Notes: generated by a model from the letters alone, not told the origin. Counted from the stretch's first letter, positions 12,780 through 27,549 are shown. The stretch is 64,000 nt of DNA from Eledone cirrhosa (GCA_964016885.1 OZ024748.1:51212001-51276000), one strand, 5' to 3'. Program-made: numbers and translations.

Positions 12780-12927
12780 TCTGCAGTTTCCGTCTACCAA
12801 ATTCCCCTCAAATGACATTGGCCAATCACGTTTTGGTAGAAAACTCTTGTAAAGGTATTGCATAGTGGGACCATACCTGAAACCATGTGGTTGTCAAAGA
12901 TCCTCCTTAACCATGAACCTATGCCTG
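12780..12927 (-). mobile_element. Old CORE-type SINE, degenerate (second copy at about 50335-50480)
   Basis: CAGTTTCCGTCTACCAAATTC...GTAGAAAACTCTTG...AGTGGGACC...CCATGTGGTTG; tRNA-like head on the minus strand. Confidence 0.55.
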
Positions 12928-13281
12928 TACATATAAACATTCTTTTTTGCTATTCAATCTAATAAATATCTCTTCTACATGAAATTTAAATAATGGTAAA
13001 GCAGTCAACTTTAACAATATATGTATAGAGAAACCATACCAAATAGGATTTCAAGAAGAATCTTTAAAGATATTAGAGACATGACACCTTCTGTAGTGCC
13101 TATACTATCATACATGCAGTACACTGTGTAAAGTGGTTGATGATAGTGATGGAATCCAGCTGAAGAAATTATGCCAAATCCAGAATGCACAGAAATGCAA
13201 TATAGCTTTTAGCCTATCTGCTAGAACACCTCTGATTAATTACTGAGAACATGGATATAAAATGATTATATAAATATATAT

Positions 13282-13685
13282 ATCACCATCACCACAGTTT
13301 AACGTCCATGTTTTCCTCACTAGCATGTGTTAGATGTGTTGTCCTTTTGTGAGACAAGTCAGACCAGATGACTGTGTTTTGTCCATACCGAACTGATTCT
13401 TGGTTGATTTCTACAGCTGGATGCCATTCCTAACACCAACCATATTTAGAGTATGGACTGGGTGGTTTTTTTTTATCGTGGAATCAATATGACCCCTCTA
13501 CAATGGGTAGTGGACAATTTTTGTTCTGTCACCAACATGACCACTTAACAATGTGGACTGGCCACTTTATGTCATGTCACCAAGATGACCACTTAACAAT
13601 GTGGACTTGCCACTTTATGTCATATCACCAACATAACCCCTTTACAGTGTGGACTGGCTACTTTATATCATATCACCAACATGTG
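13282..13685 (-). mobile_element. Degenerate Ceph-like/RTE-tail element followed by a 48-bp tandem repeat (about 3.2 copies, 13530-13685)
   Basis: TTTCTACAGCTGGATGCCATTCCTAACACCAACC; CACCAA...CAATGTGGACT units start at 13530, 13578, 13626 and 13674. Confidence 0.7.
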
Positions 13686-14685
13686 ATGGCCCTGTTGGTG
13701 ATATATATATATATATATATATATCCACATATGCTTTAGGAATTACTATCAAACGCAATGACAAAAACTTTCTTACAAGTTGTTGTTTAAATACACATTA
13801 ACGCGAATATATATACATAAATGTGCATCTGAAAACACATTCACACACAAACATACATACACATATATGTATGTATATGTATGTGTGTATAAACATATAT
13901 ATAATACATATCAAGCAAGTAAAAACACACCAGCCAAGTACTTAAAAGACAAAATATTCTATTCTTTAAAATACAAAATTATATTAAAAAAACGAAAAAG
14001 AAATGAAAATTTGATAAATATTTTCATGAACAAAGAATGAAGTTTAACTTACACAACACATTTAGACATACACATGCACAAACAACATTTATATGTGTAT
14101 GTATATGTGAGTGTGACAAATACAGAAATATTCTGAAAAGATACAAACTCTTTCTCTCTCCTTTACACACATGAAAAAAAAAAAAAGAATACTTTACACC
14201 CATGAACACATTCGTATAAAATAACAAACAACACGCACACACACATATATATATATATATGCACACACACCGTTGCAATCACACCGAAAATAAACATAAA
14301 TCCACTTTATGAAAGGAAAACTAAAAAAAAGAACCAGCCTCCTCCCTGCCATAAAAAAAAAGCTGCAAATAACTACCTGTACATACACACCACAAAGATA
14401 TACAAGTATATACACATATATACACAGAGAAAAAATAATAAAAAATAAACACATAATAATATTGGGGCATTTGTATTTTCTTTTTACCATTCCTGTGGTG
14501 GACCAAACATTATCAATTTTTTTAAACTTTCGATTTGTGCGCTATTTTTTTCTTTTGTCAAATCTAAGATGTATATTTACAGGGTGCTGTTGGTGGTGGT
14601 AGCAAAATATTCAGGAAGTGTCTTTTGCTTATATATATATATATATATATAATTATATATATATATATATATATATCCATATATA

Positions 14686-14720
<35 letters not shown>

Positions 14721-14831
14721 ATCTATCTATCAATATATATATATGTATATATATATACATATATCTATCTATATATATATATGTATATATCTATCTCTAT
14801 ATATATGTATATGTATGTATACGCATATATC

Positions 14832-14862
<31 letters not shown>

Positions 14863-14869
14863 CTATATA

Positions 14870-14918
<49 letters not shown>

Positions 14919-15536
14919 ATTTATATATATATATATGTATATATATATGTATATATGTATATATATATGTAAATATATATGTGTATATATATGTATGTAT
15001 AGGGATATATATATATAGATAGATTAAGAACATTATATTTATATATATATATATATAAATATAATATATATAGATAGATTAAGAACATTATATTTATATT
15101 TATATATATATATATACATATATTCATGCATATATATGAAGTAAATAAATATTACCATTGTCTTTGATTGTGATACCATAAACAATTTTATCAGCTGATA
15201 TTTTTTCAAAAGTTCTCCTACAACAGCCATTCTAATTTATCTTTATCAGATTTCATTATCAATGACTAAATTTTGAAATGGTTATATTTAATAGAACTCT
15301 CCCAACAAACAACTTATCAGATTTTCTGTCTTTCTCTTGTTTGTTTAGGTTGGGGGTTTGTTTATAGTTTTTTTTTTCATCTAACTATCAACATCATCAC
15401 CACTACCAGCATCACCACTAACACAATCACCACAAACACTAGCAGTAATAACAATAATGTTAAGGCTACAAGCCTGCAATCTGCACCACATTCGAAGCTA
15501 TACACATGCATACACACTGGACACATGTTTATGTGC

Positions 15537-15595
<59 letters not shown>

Positions 15596-15962
15596 CACAC
15601 ATAGATGTGTAAAACATAAACAGACATATTGGCATAGAGAGGTATATATAAGAAAAGATATGAATATAGGACTATCGATAAGAATATGACAAAACTACAC
15701 ATACAGACATACAGATATACACACATACACATATATATATTACTTTATTTAAGATGACAGAAGTGAAGCATTTAATCTCGAATAAAAGAAATAAATAGGA
15801 AAAACAGGAGATATAAAAAATTGTAGAAATAAAAAATGAAAATATTAAAAGATAATTCATAAGAACTTTTACAAATTTGTACAATTCTTACTAAAGTTTA
15901 TTATACACATATATGTATATAAATTTTATTATATATATATATATTGGAAGATACAAACACAA

Positions 15963-16002
<40 letters not shown>

Positions 16003-16133
16003 TCCAACAAAAAATATGAGTTTTAAAAGACTGATTACTTTTGATTCACAAGATTTATAGGAATCATGGAAACGTTAATTGCCTGATATTCTGATAAAAG
16101 AAAGAAGTGGCTATTTATGTCAGAGTATAGAGC

Positions 16134-16219
<86 letters not shown>

Positions 16220-16823
16220 CATTATATAAATGCTGCTAATTTTATTTTTTAAAACATTTCTTCATGTGTATATATCTGTATGAAATTTTGTTTGTGAGTG
16301 TGTATGTGTGTGCTGTGAATGAAATGGCACCAGAAAATTGTCAATAAAAGTAATGTTTCATATAAGAAAAAAAATTAAAACAGAAAAATGTTATTTCATA
16401 TTTTTGATTTTTTTTCTTTTATATTTATGTATTACTTCAGAGTATAAGATTTTTTTCTTATTTCAGTTGTTTATTATTATGATTATTGTCAGTCTTCATC
16501 TTCTTCCTTATAATAATTATTATTATTGATAATATTTTCTCAGATTTTCTTTTTATTTATAATCGTTTTTTTCTTAAATCATATACATACATTTTTTTAT
16601 TATTTCTTTGTAAAATTGAAATTATGTTGAATATGCTCCAACACCCAGCGCAAGAAAACACCAGTATAGCACTAAAAAATGAATATATATAGAGAGAAAT
16701 AGATATATATATAGAGAGAGAGATTCATATATATTTATACATATATACATACATATATATACACACACACACATATATATATATATACATAGAGTTTTTA
16801 TATTTGAAAACGAAGTTCTTTAT

Positions 16824-16858
<35 letters not shown>

Positions 16859-16891
16859 AGCCTATATGCTATGATGATCATAATGTTCATA

Positions 16892-16937
<46 letters not shown>

Positions 16938-17314
16938 CGCATATACACACACATACTGTCATATATGGCCATAGTTATATTATTCCAGTGAGTGTAAGCA
17001 TACACATATCTATAAGTATATATATATCATATGCAGTGATACATATATTAAAAATACATATTTCATCTCATACCCCCTCCCCTATATATGTATGTGTATA
17101 TAAATGTGTGTGTGTCTTACATGTATGTATATATATATATATGTATGCATTTTTATGTTTTTATGTATACACCACCATCAGTTTATGTCCTTTTTTTCAG
17201 GCTTGCATGAATGTATGTATGTATTGGTATGTGTGTTGGCACAGACACTTTTCTTGATAATATGTTTGTGAGAAATACACTTTGAGATATTAAAAAAATA
17301 TAATTTTTCCAATA

Positions 17315-17378
<64 letters not shown>

Positions 17379-18894
17379 ATGTATATACGTATACCAATTG
17401 AAAAAAGATTTTAAATTGAAATATAGTTAAGTGATAATATGAACCGTTAAAGAAATCTAACAGGTATATTATCAAATATATGTTATAAATATATTGTAAT
17501 AATTTGATAACAAGAAAAATTATAAGACGCAGCAAGTAGACGACTTAAGATTCTGTCAAGAAATCTGTTTATTTGGTGGGCTTGTATTCTTTTTTTTTTT
17601 TTTTGCACCAATTGGTGAAAAGCCACTCAAGAGAGAGTTGAAAATTGGGTATGGATTGATACGCGTTTTAAATTTGAATTCTTATATTTTCACTTCAGTC
17701 TGAATGAAGAGATTTTTTTTTTAAATTCAAACTCCTTGTAGCAAGCTTCCAAAATGACTTTAATGATATAACTATATTAAGGACAATTGAGAGTGGAATT
17801 TATCGGGAAATTATATTTCTTTGACATTCTTTTATGTTGTGTTACATTTATTTATTTGCTATTTTACTGATTACAGATATTGGGCATTGCCATATTGGAA
17901 CAGTGCCTTCAAGGAATTTAGTCAATCATGTTAACACTCAAACTCTCTCTATTTCAAACTATGAATTAATTCATTGATCTCTTTTCATTAGGCCACTAAT
18001 TTACATGATGTAATGAAGTCCAACATGAAAGAATTAATCCCTCACCACCATATTTCTAATGAAAAACATTAATTATGATTTTCAAATAATTTCAAAAATA
18101 ATCAAGAATTTGGATTAAATTTGTTGTGTCACTTAAATTTCTGTTCATTAAGTTGCTGTTTGTCACATGACATAGCATAAAATGATGAAAGTTTTATATA
18201 AATATAAATACTTTAAGACAAACAGCTTTAGAATAACGATGGGAGTGAAGTTTGTTTGTTGACTAACTTAGTGAAAGTAACAGACATGTTTTCAGCTAAT
18301 TAGATCTCAACAGTTGTTCAGATTAGAACTGCCAGAAAGATATAAGAAAGTGAAAGGAAATTGCGTGTCAAGAAAGAGTAGGGACTAAAATGCATGAGAG
18401 AGGTGCTAAGATTGAGATCAGCAGTGGAAAGTTAAAATATATAACAACAAATAGAAACAAGATTAAAGACCTACAAAGTTACAATGAACATGTTTACCCA
18501 AAATGGAGGATGATCCTGAAGAGCAGAAGTTCTCAAACTTTTGGGGCTACATAATAACCCCCTCATGGCCACTTAATAACCTCAGCACTCCCAATCCTAT
18601 TTCCAGAGAAACCTTCCAACATGCAAATTATAAATAATATATAATAAATAAAATCGTTAATTTATATATAATTGTTTCTACTATTGGGACAAGGCCAGCA
18701 ATTACCCAGTGCATTACTGGTACTTTATTTTATCGACCCCATAAAGATGAAAGACAAAGTTATAACAAACAGTATTCAGCAAACAACATCGTTTGAAATA
18801 ACCATCACAGAAGAAGTATAACATCATCACCATGTTATGTCTGATATTAATTATGCTATTAATTATAATAAACATTTTATATTTTAATTTAAAT

Positions 18895-19300
18895 ACAAAT
18901 CATCATCAATATTATTATCATCATAGACATCATCATCATCAGAAACATCCATCATCACCAGCATCATCATCATCAAAATCCATCATCAACATCATCATCA
19001 TCAAAAACATCCATCATCACCAACATCATCATCATCAAATTCCATCATCAACATCATCATCATCATCATCAAAAACATCCATCATCACCAACATCATCAT
19101 CATCAAAATCCATCATCAACATCATCATCATCAAAGACATCCATCATCATTATCAAAAACATCCATCATCACCAACATCACCAACATCATCACCAACAAC
19201 ATCATCATCATCAAAATCCATCTTCAACATCATCATCATCAAAACATCCATCATCAACATCATCATCATCGTCAAAATTCATCATCATCATCAACATCAA
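18895..19300. repeat. (CAT)n-derived low-complexity tract
   Basis: Direct inspection; explains the His/Ser-rich ORF 18832-19404. Confidence 0.9.
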
Positions 19301-20369
19301 GAGTGTTTTATGTCCAATTTTCCAGGCTGGTATGGAATGGACAGGATAGTTTGAGAATGTTTTATAGCTGTATTAATACCTGTCCTAACACCCATAATTT
19401 TTAAGTCACCTTTTAGGACATGCAGGGATATAGCTGAGTGCCTATTCCAAAAACTGGGATAGAAACCACAAATATAAGTCATAAATGCAAAAACAACAAC
19501 TAAAGCCATTTCTTTTTCTTAAATACCAAAATTTAGATATATCTATCTATAAAATTAATAAGAATTTCGAATGTCTTTTGAATGGTGGTAAATATTCAAG
19601 TCTTGCTGACAGCAACAGAACTGGACATAGTTAACTAGAATGAATATTCTATAAATGATAATTATCAAAGTAACTGCCAACTTCAGATTTATCAAATAGA
19701 CCCTTTCTCACATATTAGTACTGTTAAAGGTACATACATACAGGTCCATATATACATATACTTACTACATACATACAAACAAACATATGTACATACATAC
19801 ATATCCATACATACTTATACACATACAAATATACACATATATACTTAAGCATGCATACATATCCATACATACTTATAAACATACACATACATACTTAAGC
19901 ATACATACATACTTATACACATACAACACATACATACATATATGATTATCCATACATACATATATACAATCATCACACATACATACATACATACAATCAT
20001 ACAAATATGCATACATACATACATGCAAACATACATATGCATACACACAGGCGTACATACGTACATACACACATACATATCCATACATACTTATATGCAT
20101 ACACATACATATATACAAATGCTCATGCATTTATATGCATATAGACAAATACATATTGACATATAAATATTAGCTGTTACCCATATACACTAAATTATAA
20201 ACATCCATACACACGCAGCCAGTGTTTGGAGATAATGAGTGATTATATAAGCTTGGTACAAAGTCATGATTGTGTCTCAGATGGTAGAGATGGTATTGAT
20301 TTTAAAGTTAGTAGAGGTGGTGGTATAACGGAGGTTACTGTAGTCTAGCTAGTAGTAATGGCATTATTA

Positions 20370-21031
20370 GGGGTGGATTGGCAGCATCGGTAGAGGGTCG
20401 GACGCCATGCTTTTCAGCAAAGTGTTCGGCCCTTTATGAACTGAGTTCAAATCCCGCTGAGGTTAACTTTGCTTCTCATCCTTACAGGGTCGATAAAATA
20501 AAGTACCAGTAATACACTTGGATAATATCTGGCCTTGTGCCAAAAGTAGAAACAATTATTAGGGGCAGTGGACTGGCAGTATCGGTAGAGAGTTGGACGC
20601 CATGCTTTCCAGCATAGCTAGGTCCCTTTACGGTCTGACTTCAAATCCCACCAAGATTAGCTGGGCCTTTCGATCTTATGGGATTAATAAAACAAAGTAC
20701 CAGCAATACACTGGGTTGATTTAATCTACTTTCCCCTACCCCAAAATTGTTGGCCTTGTGCCTAAATCAGAACCAATTATTAATTAGTAATTGTTTCTAC
20801 TTTTAGCACAAGGCCAGCAATTACGCAGACCATTACTGGTACTTTATTTTATCGACCCCGTAAGGATGAAAGGCAAAGTTAACCTCGTGGGATTTGAACT
20901 CAGACCATAAAGGGCCGTAACTCTTTGCTGAAAAGCATGGCGTCAGACCCTCTACCGATACTGCTAATCCACCATGCACTGGGTAATTGCTGGCCTTGTG
21001 CCAAAAGTAGAAACAATTATTAATTAGTAAT
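20370..21031. mobile_element. SINE-A cluster: + (20370-20560), + (20561-20780), - (20788-20973), + tail only (20974-21020)
   Basis: Repeated A/B boxes and tails in both orientations. Confidence 0.88.
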
Positions 21032-21084
21032 GATGTTGAGAGTGCAATTAAATGTGGTGTGAGAGTGGTTACTGTAATGTAGGT

Positions 21085-21931
21085 AGTTGCAGTGGTAGTA
21101 TGTATAATAGTGTCATAGTGGTGTAAGATTGGCCATTGTAGTGGCCATAGTTGCAGTGGTAGTATGTATAATAGTGTCATAGTGGTGTAAGATTGGCCAT
21201 TGTAGTGGCCATAGTTGCAGTGGTAGTATGTATAATAGTGTCATAGTGGTGTAAGATTGACCATTGTAGTGGCCATAGTTGCAGTGGTAGTATGTATAAT
21301 AGTGTCATAGTGGTGTAAGATTGACCATTGTAGTGGCCATAGTTGCAGTGGTAGTATGTATAATAGTGTCATAGTGGCGTAAGATTGACCATTGTAATGT
21401 CCATAGTTGCAGTGGTAGTATGTATAATAGTGTCATAGTGGTGTAAGATTGACCATTGTAGTGGCCATAGTTGCAGTGGTAGTATGTATAATAGTGTCAT
21501 AGTGGCGTAAGATTGACCATTGTAGTGGCCATAGTTGCAGTGGTAGTATGTATAATAGTGTCATAGTGGTGTAAGATTGACCATTGTAGTGGCCATAGTT
21601 GCAGTGGTAGTATGTATAATAGTGTCATAGTGGTGTAAGATTGACCATTGTAGTGGCCATAGTTGCAGTGGTAGTATGTATAATAGTGTCATAGTGGCGT
21701 AAGATTGACCATTGTAATGTCCATAGTTGCAGTGGTAGTATGTATAATAGTGTCATAGTGGTGTAAGATTGACCATTGTAGTGGCCATAGTTGCAGTGGT
21801 AGTATGTATAATAGTGTCATAGTGGTGTAAGATTGACCATTGTAGTGGCCATAGTTGCAGTGGTAGTATGTATAATAGTGTCATAGTGGTGTAAGATTGA
21901 CCATTGTAGTGGCCATAGTTGCAGTGGTAGT
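21085..21931. repeat. 64-bp minisatellite, about 13.2 copies
   Basis: Unit AGTTGCAGTGGTAGTATGTATAATAGTGTCATAGTGGTGTAAGATTGRCCATTGTAGTGGCCAT starts at 21085, 21149, 21213 ... 21917. Confidence 0.97.
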
Positions 21932-22072
21932 GTTAGTGGCAGTGATTTTAATTGTAGTAGTGTGACAGTGGTCACTATGTTAGGGATAGTGTTAGTTTTG
22001 GTGCTTGTGGTAAATATAGTGTTGATGATGATGGTGTTGGTGGGATTAGTAGTGGTGGAGGTGTGAGTGTTG

Positions 22073-23197
22073 TCACTGTAGTATTGGTAGTTGTACTAGT
22101 ACTGTTAATAGTTGTAGTAGTACAAATGTGCTGGTGATTGCGGTGGTGTAAATGGTCACAGCAATCACTGTAGTGTTGGTAGTTGTACTAGTACTGTTAA
22201 TAGTTGTAGTAGTACAAATGTGCTGGTGATTGCGGTGGTGTAAATGGTCACAGCAATCACTGTAGTATTGGTGGTTGTACTAGTACTGTTAATAGTTGTA
22301 GTAGTACAAATGTGCTGGTGATTGCGGTGGTGTAAATGGTCACAGCAATCACTGTAGTGTTGGTAGTTGTACTAGTACTGTTAATAGTTGTAGTAGTACA
22401 AATGTGCTGGTGATTGCGGTGGTGTAAATGGTCCCAGCAATCACTGTAGTGTTGGTAGTTGTACTAGTACTGTTAATAGTTGTAGTAGTACAAATGTGCT
22501 GGTGATTGCGGTGGTGTAAATGGTCACAGCAATCACTGTAGTATTGGTGGTTGTACTAGTACTGTTAATAGTTGTAGTAGTACAAATGTGCTGGTGATTG
22601 CGGTGGTGTAAATGGTCACAGCAATCACTGTAGTGTTGGTAGTTGTACTAGTACTGTTAATAGTTGTAGTAGTACAAATGTGCTGGTGATTGCGGTGGTG
22701 TAAATGGTCCCAGCAATCACTGTAGTGTTGGTAGTTGTACTAGTACTGTTAATAGTTGTAGTAGTACAAATGTGCTGGTGATTGCGGTGGTGTAAATGGT
22801 CACAGCAATCACTGTAGTATTGGTGGTTGTACTAGTACTGTTAATAGTTGTAGTAGTACAAATGTGCTGGTGATTGCGGTGGTGTAAATGGTCACAGCAA
22901 TCACTGTAGTATTGGTAGTTGTACTAGTACTGTTAATAGTTGTAGTAGTACAAATGTGCTGGTGATTGCGGTGGTATAAATGGTCCCAGCAATCACTGTA
23001 GTGTTGGTAGTTGTACTAGTACTGTTAATAGTTGTAGTAGTACAAATGTGCTGGTGATTGCGGTGGTGTAAATGGTCACAGCAATCACTGTAGTATTGGT
23101 GGTTGTACTAGTACTGTTAATAGTTGTAGTAGTACAAATGTGCTGGTGATTGCGGTGGTGTAAATGGTCACAGCAATCACTGTAGTATTGGTGGTTG
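22073..23197. repeat. 92-bp minisatellite, about 12.2 copies
   Basis: Unit TCACTGTAGTRTTGGTRGTTGTACTAGTAC...GGTCMCAGCAA starts at 22073, 22165, 22257 ... 23177. Confidence 0.97.
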
Positions 23198-23860
23198 CAG
23201 TGGTAGTGGTTATAGGATATGTTACAATGATGGTGGTGATGTAAATAGCTAGAATAGTAGTGTTAGTAATGTGGTGATGGTGGTGGTGTGAGAGTTGTTA
23301 ATATAGTATTAGTAGTTGTAGTAGTAGTATTAGTGTTGATGGTTGTAGTATATATATAGTAAGGTGCTGGTACTATTGCGAGTGTTGTTATTATAGTATT
23401 AGTAGTTGTAATAGTAATAGTAGTATTAGTGTTAGTGGTTATAGTTTATGTGTTAAGGTGCTAGTATTGTTGTGAGAGTTGTTACTATAGTATTGGTAAT
23501 AGTAATAGTAGTATTAGTGTTGATGGTTATAGTTTATGTGTTAAGGTGCTAGTATTGTTGTGAGAGTTGTTACTATAGTATTGGTAATAGTAATAGTAGT
23601 ATTAGTGTTAGTGGCTGTAGTATGTGTAGTAACGTGATAATGGTAGGAGGAGGTGATGTAAATGGTTAGAACAATATTAGTAGTTGTATTGGTAGTTGTA
23701 GTATGTGTAATGGAGAGGAGGGGTGATGGAGATAGTATGAAGTGTTCATGGATCCTGTATATCAGTTAGAAGGTTTTCCTAACAGGGAGAGAAAGTTTGT
23801 ATATTTTAGGTTCCCTAATTTTTTATTTTTTTTTTGATAACACAATCTGGCATGAAGAGA

Positions 23861-23905
<45 letters not shown>

Positions 23906-23964
23906 ATATATATTATATATATATAATATATATTATATATTATATATATATAATATATATATAA

Positions 23965-24008
<44 letters not shown>

Positions 24009-24799
24009 TATATATTATATATATATACAATATATATATATACACAATATATATATATATATATATACAATATATATATATTTATCACTGGTCAGTCTGA
24101 CTTAATTAAGAACAAGTTGGAGGTATGGTGTATACTTTTCAAAAACTATACTGCCGGTGTACGTGTCACTCTTAGAAATTTGGCAAAACATTGCTTTGGA
24201 AAATCTTTTTGACAATGTGAGACTAATGGAAAAGTCACCATTAGAATTCAATAGTAAAAATAACAGAAAACAGTTAAATATATGAATAATTAAATATATA
24301 TCTAATATAATAATATAAGCAACAGTTTCTGGACATGCAGGAATGAAAGGATGGAAAGACAACATAATATTAAACAATATATACAGAAAGATATGCCCCC
24401 AAGCATGGTGAATGGGAAAAATTATACGTATATATATATATATATAGACATGTGTGTGTGTATATATATATATATGTGTGTGTATAATATATATATGTTT
24501 ATATATATATATGTGTTTGTGTATATATATATATATATACATATATACATACACATGCGTGTATATATATATATATATGTGTATATATATAAAGGAGTGT
24601 ACGTTACATTGATGCATACAAACTTGAGAAATAAGTTTTCAATACAAAAAAATGTACAGTAGTTTATTCAATTGTATCATAAACTTTACTACATTTGGGC
24701 TTCATAATTTGGTGGGCGAGAGTGTGCTAACATGAATATGTGTATGTATTTATGAAGATATATGTTTTTATAACTGTGTGTATATAATATTGTTTAACC

Positions 24800-25293
24800 C
24801 AGAGGCTCTCAAAGTGGGCGCTACTGCCCGCCCAGTGGATGTTGAGAAGGTCCAGGGTTCGGAGGTGGTAATGTTTATATAATAGTATCTTAAATATCAA
24901 ATGATTCATATTATATATAAATATAGTAAAATGAAAAATAAATAATTGTTTCTACTTTTTGGCACAAGGCCAGCAATTACCCCAGTATATTACTGGTACT
25001 TTATTTTATCGACCCCGTAAGGATGAAAAGCAAAGTTAACCTCGGTGGGATTTGAACTCAGTCCGTAAAGAGACGTAACTGTGTTGTAAAATGAAAAATA
25101 TATAATATTTATTTATACATAGTATATATTATATTATTTATTATACATAAATTAATAATTTATTTATTTTATTTATTATATATTATTTACAATTTGCATG
25201 TAGGCAGGTCTCTCTGGAAATAGGGTTGAGGGGTGCTGTGTGTATTACGTGACCGTGAGGAGGGTAGTGGCCCAAAATGTTTGAGAAGCTCTG
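24800..25293. mobile_element. hAT (Charlie-like) MITE with a nested 5'-truncated SINE-A (about 24941-25085)
   Basis: TIRs CAGAGGCTCTCAAA / TTTGAGAAGCTCTG; perfect 8-bp TSD GTTTAACC (24792-24799, 25294-25301); nested SINE flanked by 15-bp TSD GTAAAATGAAAAATA (24926-24940, 25086-25100). Confidence 0.88.
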
Positions 25294-25798
25294 GTTTAAC
25301 CCTTGGTCAATCCTGATGAAGAAGATCATGTTATCTTTTTAGCAGTATCTAGAACAACATTATGTTATTTATGCTTCCCTAACTTTTAAGATGACAGGCT
25401 CTTACTGAAGGAAGATTTAGCCCATGGTAATTCATACCATAGGATGCTATTTCTTACAAGCTGAGATACAAAATAAATAAATAAAATAGAGGTATGATTG
25501 GAATTGCTTTTCTTTTCCTAATAAATTTTTAATGCCTGATTTCCCTTTTTGGTGTGAGTTGTGTGGGTTGTTATGGTCTGAGACTTGACTGGTCATGAAA
25601 CCACATTTTGTTCATATGTTCCATATTTTGTCATGGTTACTATTGTTGGATGCCCTTCACAATGTCAACCACTTTACAGAGTGTACGAGGTGTGCTCTGA
25701 TGGTGGCAGCACGACTATTTAGAGAGTGTATACTGGGTGTATTTTATAGTGAGAATCTACTGTATGTATTTTCTTGTAAGTATTGAGTCTTACAAACT

Positions 25799-25993
25799 CA
25801 AACCTGCCAACGCCTAAAAACCCAAATGGGGAGTATATGAAAAAAAGTGCCCTAAAACGGGAAGAAATGAGGTAAAATTGGGGAGATTTTATATAATGAA
25901 AGCTATACCCATTTTCACAAAGGAAGACATCTCTGACCCACTACAAAGTGGGTGGAAGATCCCCTTGTCGGACAGGGAGAGTTGACAGGTCTG
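25799..25993. mobile_element. Probable hAT-Blackjack-like MITE
   Basis: Imperfect TIRs CAAACCTGCCAAC / GTTGACAGGTCTG; no clean TSD. Confidence 0.5.
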
Positions 25994-26302
25994 CAACTTA
26001 ATAATTCTTTCGTTTGTAGTTTATATGTTTTTTTATTCTTTATATTCTTTTAGTAAACCTTTCATCAAATACGTAAATGAGGTTGAGAAAGGTGTACACA
26101 TATCACAATCTCTTTACCCTCAGCTCAGTAGACTTCATGTTACAAACAACAGGAGGATTCTTCATCATCATCATCATCGTTTAATGTCCATATTCCAAGC
26201 TAACATGAGTTAACAGATATCTAAAACTAGAATATTTCTTAATTCTATTTTTTTAACACCTATATTTTTATAAGAATTATGTTTATATAAAACATTTAAT
26301 AA

Positions 26303-26387
26303 ATATTGGATCATCAAGTATGAAATTTGTAGAAATTTGTTTTTTTTCTAGAAACTTCTACAAATTTCATACTTGACGATCCAATAT
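26303..26387. repeat. Short inverted repeat (about 35-bp arms)
   Basis: ATATTGGATCATCAAGTATGAAATTTGTAGAA mirrored by TTCTACAAATTTCATACTTGACGATCCAATAT. Confidence 0.85.
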
Positions 26388-26564
26388 ACGGGGTATTAAT
26401 GTAAATATATTAATTTGAAGGATTTGAATTAGACAAACAAATGAAACTGCAAAAACAAATCATTCAATTAATAAGGATATCAAACTCAATAAATCGTTAA
26501 ACTAAAAAATTATTAACAAATAATATAAAAGAATAAATCTCAACTATTTTAATACCAATCTACC

Positions 26565-26791
26565 TTAACCCTTTAGTGTTCAAACCGTCCAAACCAGCCA
26601 GAATTCTCTACCTCTTTCTGTTGAAACTGGCTGTAACTGGTCGCTCAAACTGATGTTAAGGTATTGTTCTCAAGATAAATACTTTCAAAATCTCATAGAT
26701 TCGATATTATGTGAGATAAGTATGTGAGGTAAAGCCTTTACCATGAAAATAAAATCGTATATATAAAATAATGTGATTGCTAAAGGGTTAA
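26565..26791. mobile_element. piggyBac-like MITE (TTAA-CCCTTTAG ... CTAAAGGG-TTAA)
   Basis: TTAA flanks and CCC/GGG termini; internal sequence shared with 27550-27764, 63058-63313 and fragments at about 52378-52476 and 58064-58210. Confidence 0.8.
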
Positions 26792-27131
26792 ACCAGCTAC
26801 AATTTTTTTTTGTGTGTTTTTACTAAAGCCACCCATTTCAAAAAGTTACTATTTAAATGTCTCCCAATATAATATATCTTTATAAAACAACCATATTTTT
26901 ATCTTAGTAATGAAATAATACTTCTCGTAACTCCTTAATTCCTCATTAATTAATTGAAATACTGTGTATTTCTGTAGATATATGGTCATGAAAGGATTAA
27001 ACACACATTGATTGTAAGGTTGACTTAAAAGCTTGATATCAGTAAAAGGATCTGATAATGAAACATTACCTTAAAATCTTTCATTCATCCCAGAAAAGGA
27101 GATGTAAAAATAATATTGATGGTGATGATGA

Positions 27132-27458
27132 TTACCTATTATATATATATATATATATATTACCTATTATATATATATATATATATTACCTATTATATAT
27201 ATATATATATATTACCTATTATATATATATATATATATTACCTATTATATATATATATATATATTACCTATTATATATATATATATATATTACCTATTAT
27301 ATATATATATATATATTACCTATTATATATATATATATATATTACCTATTATATATATATGGTGGTGGATTGGCAGTATCGGTAGAGAGCCTGACGCCAT
27401 GTTTGCAGCATAGAGTTATGGCCCTTTATGATCTGAGTTCAAATCCTGCCGAGGTTAC
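27132..27458 (+). repeat. TTACCTATTA(TA)n tandem repeat (about 9 units) followed by the 5' half of a SINE-A (27361-27458)
   Basis: Direct inspection; GGTGGATTGGCAGTATCGG...GAGTTCAAATCC. Confidence 0.85.
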
Positions 27459-27549
27459 ATAAATGAAATGCAGTATTCTTTATATTGCACACATTTTCCC
27501 CATTGCATACATACACATATACAAATCTGTGCCTTCCTTAGATACATGT

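Noticed and set aside
18832-19404. His/Ser-rich 190-aa ORF
   Set aside because: (CAT)n low-complexity tract ending in a degenerate retroelement tail.
21085-23197. 64/92-bp arrays as CRISPR or mucin-like coding repeats
   Set aside because: No variable spacers; unit lengths are not multiples of 3 and stops are frequent.
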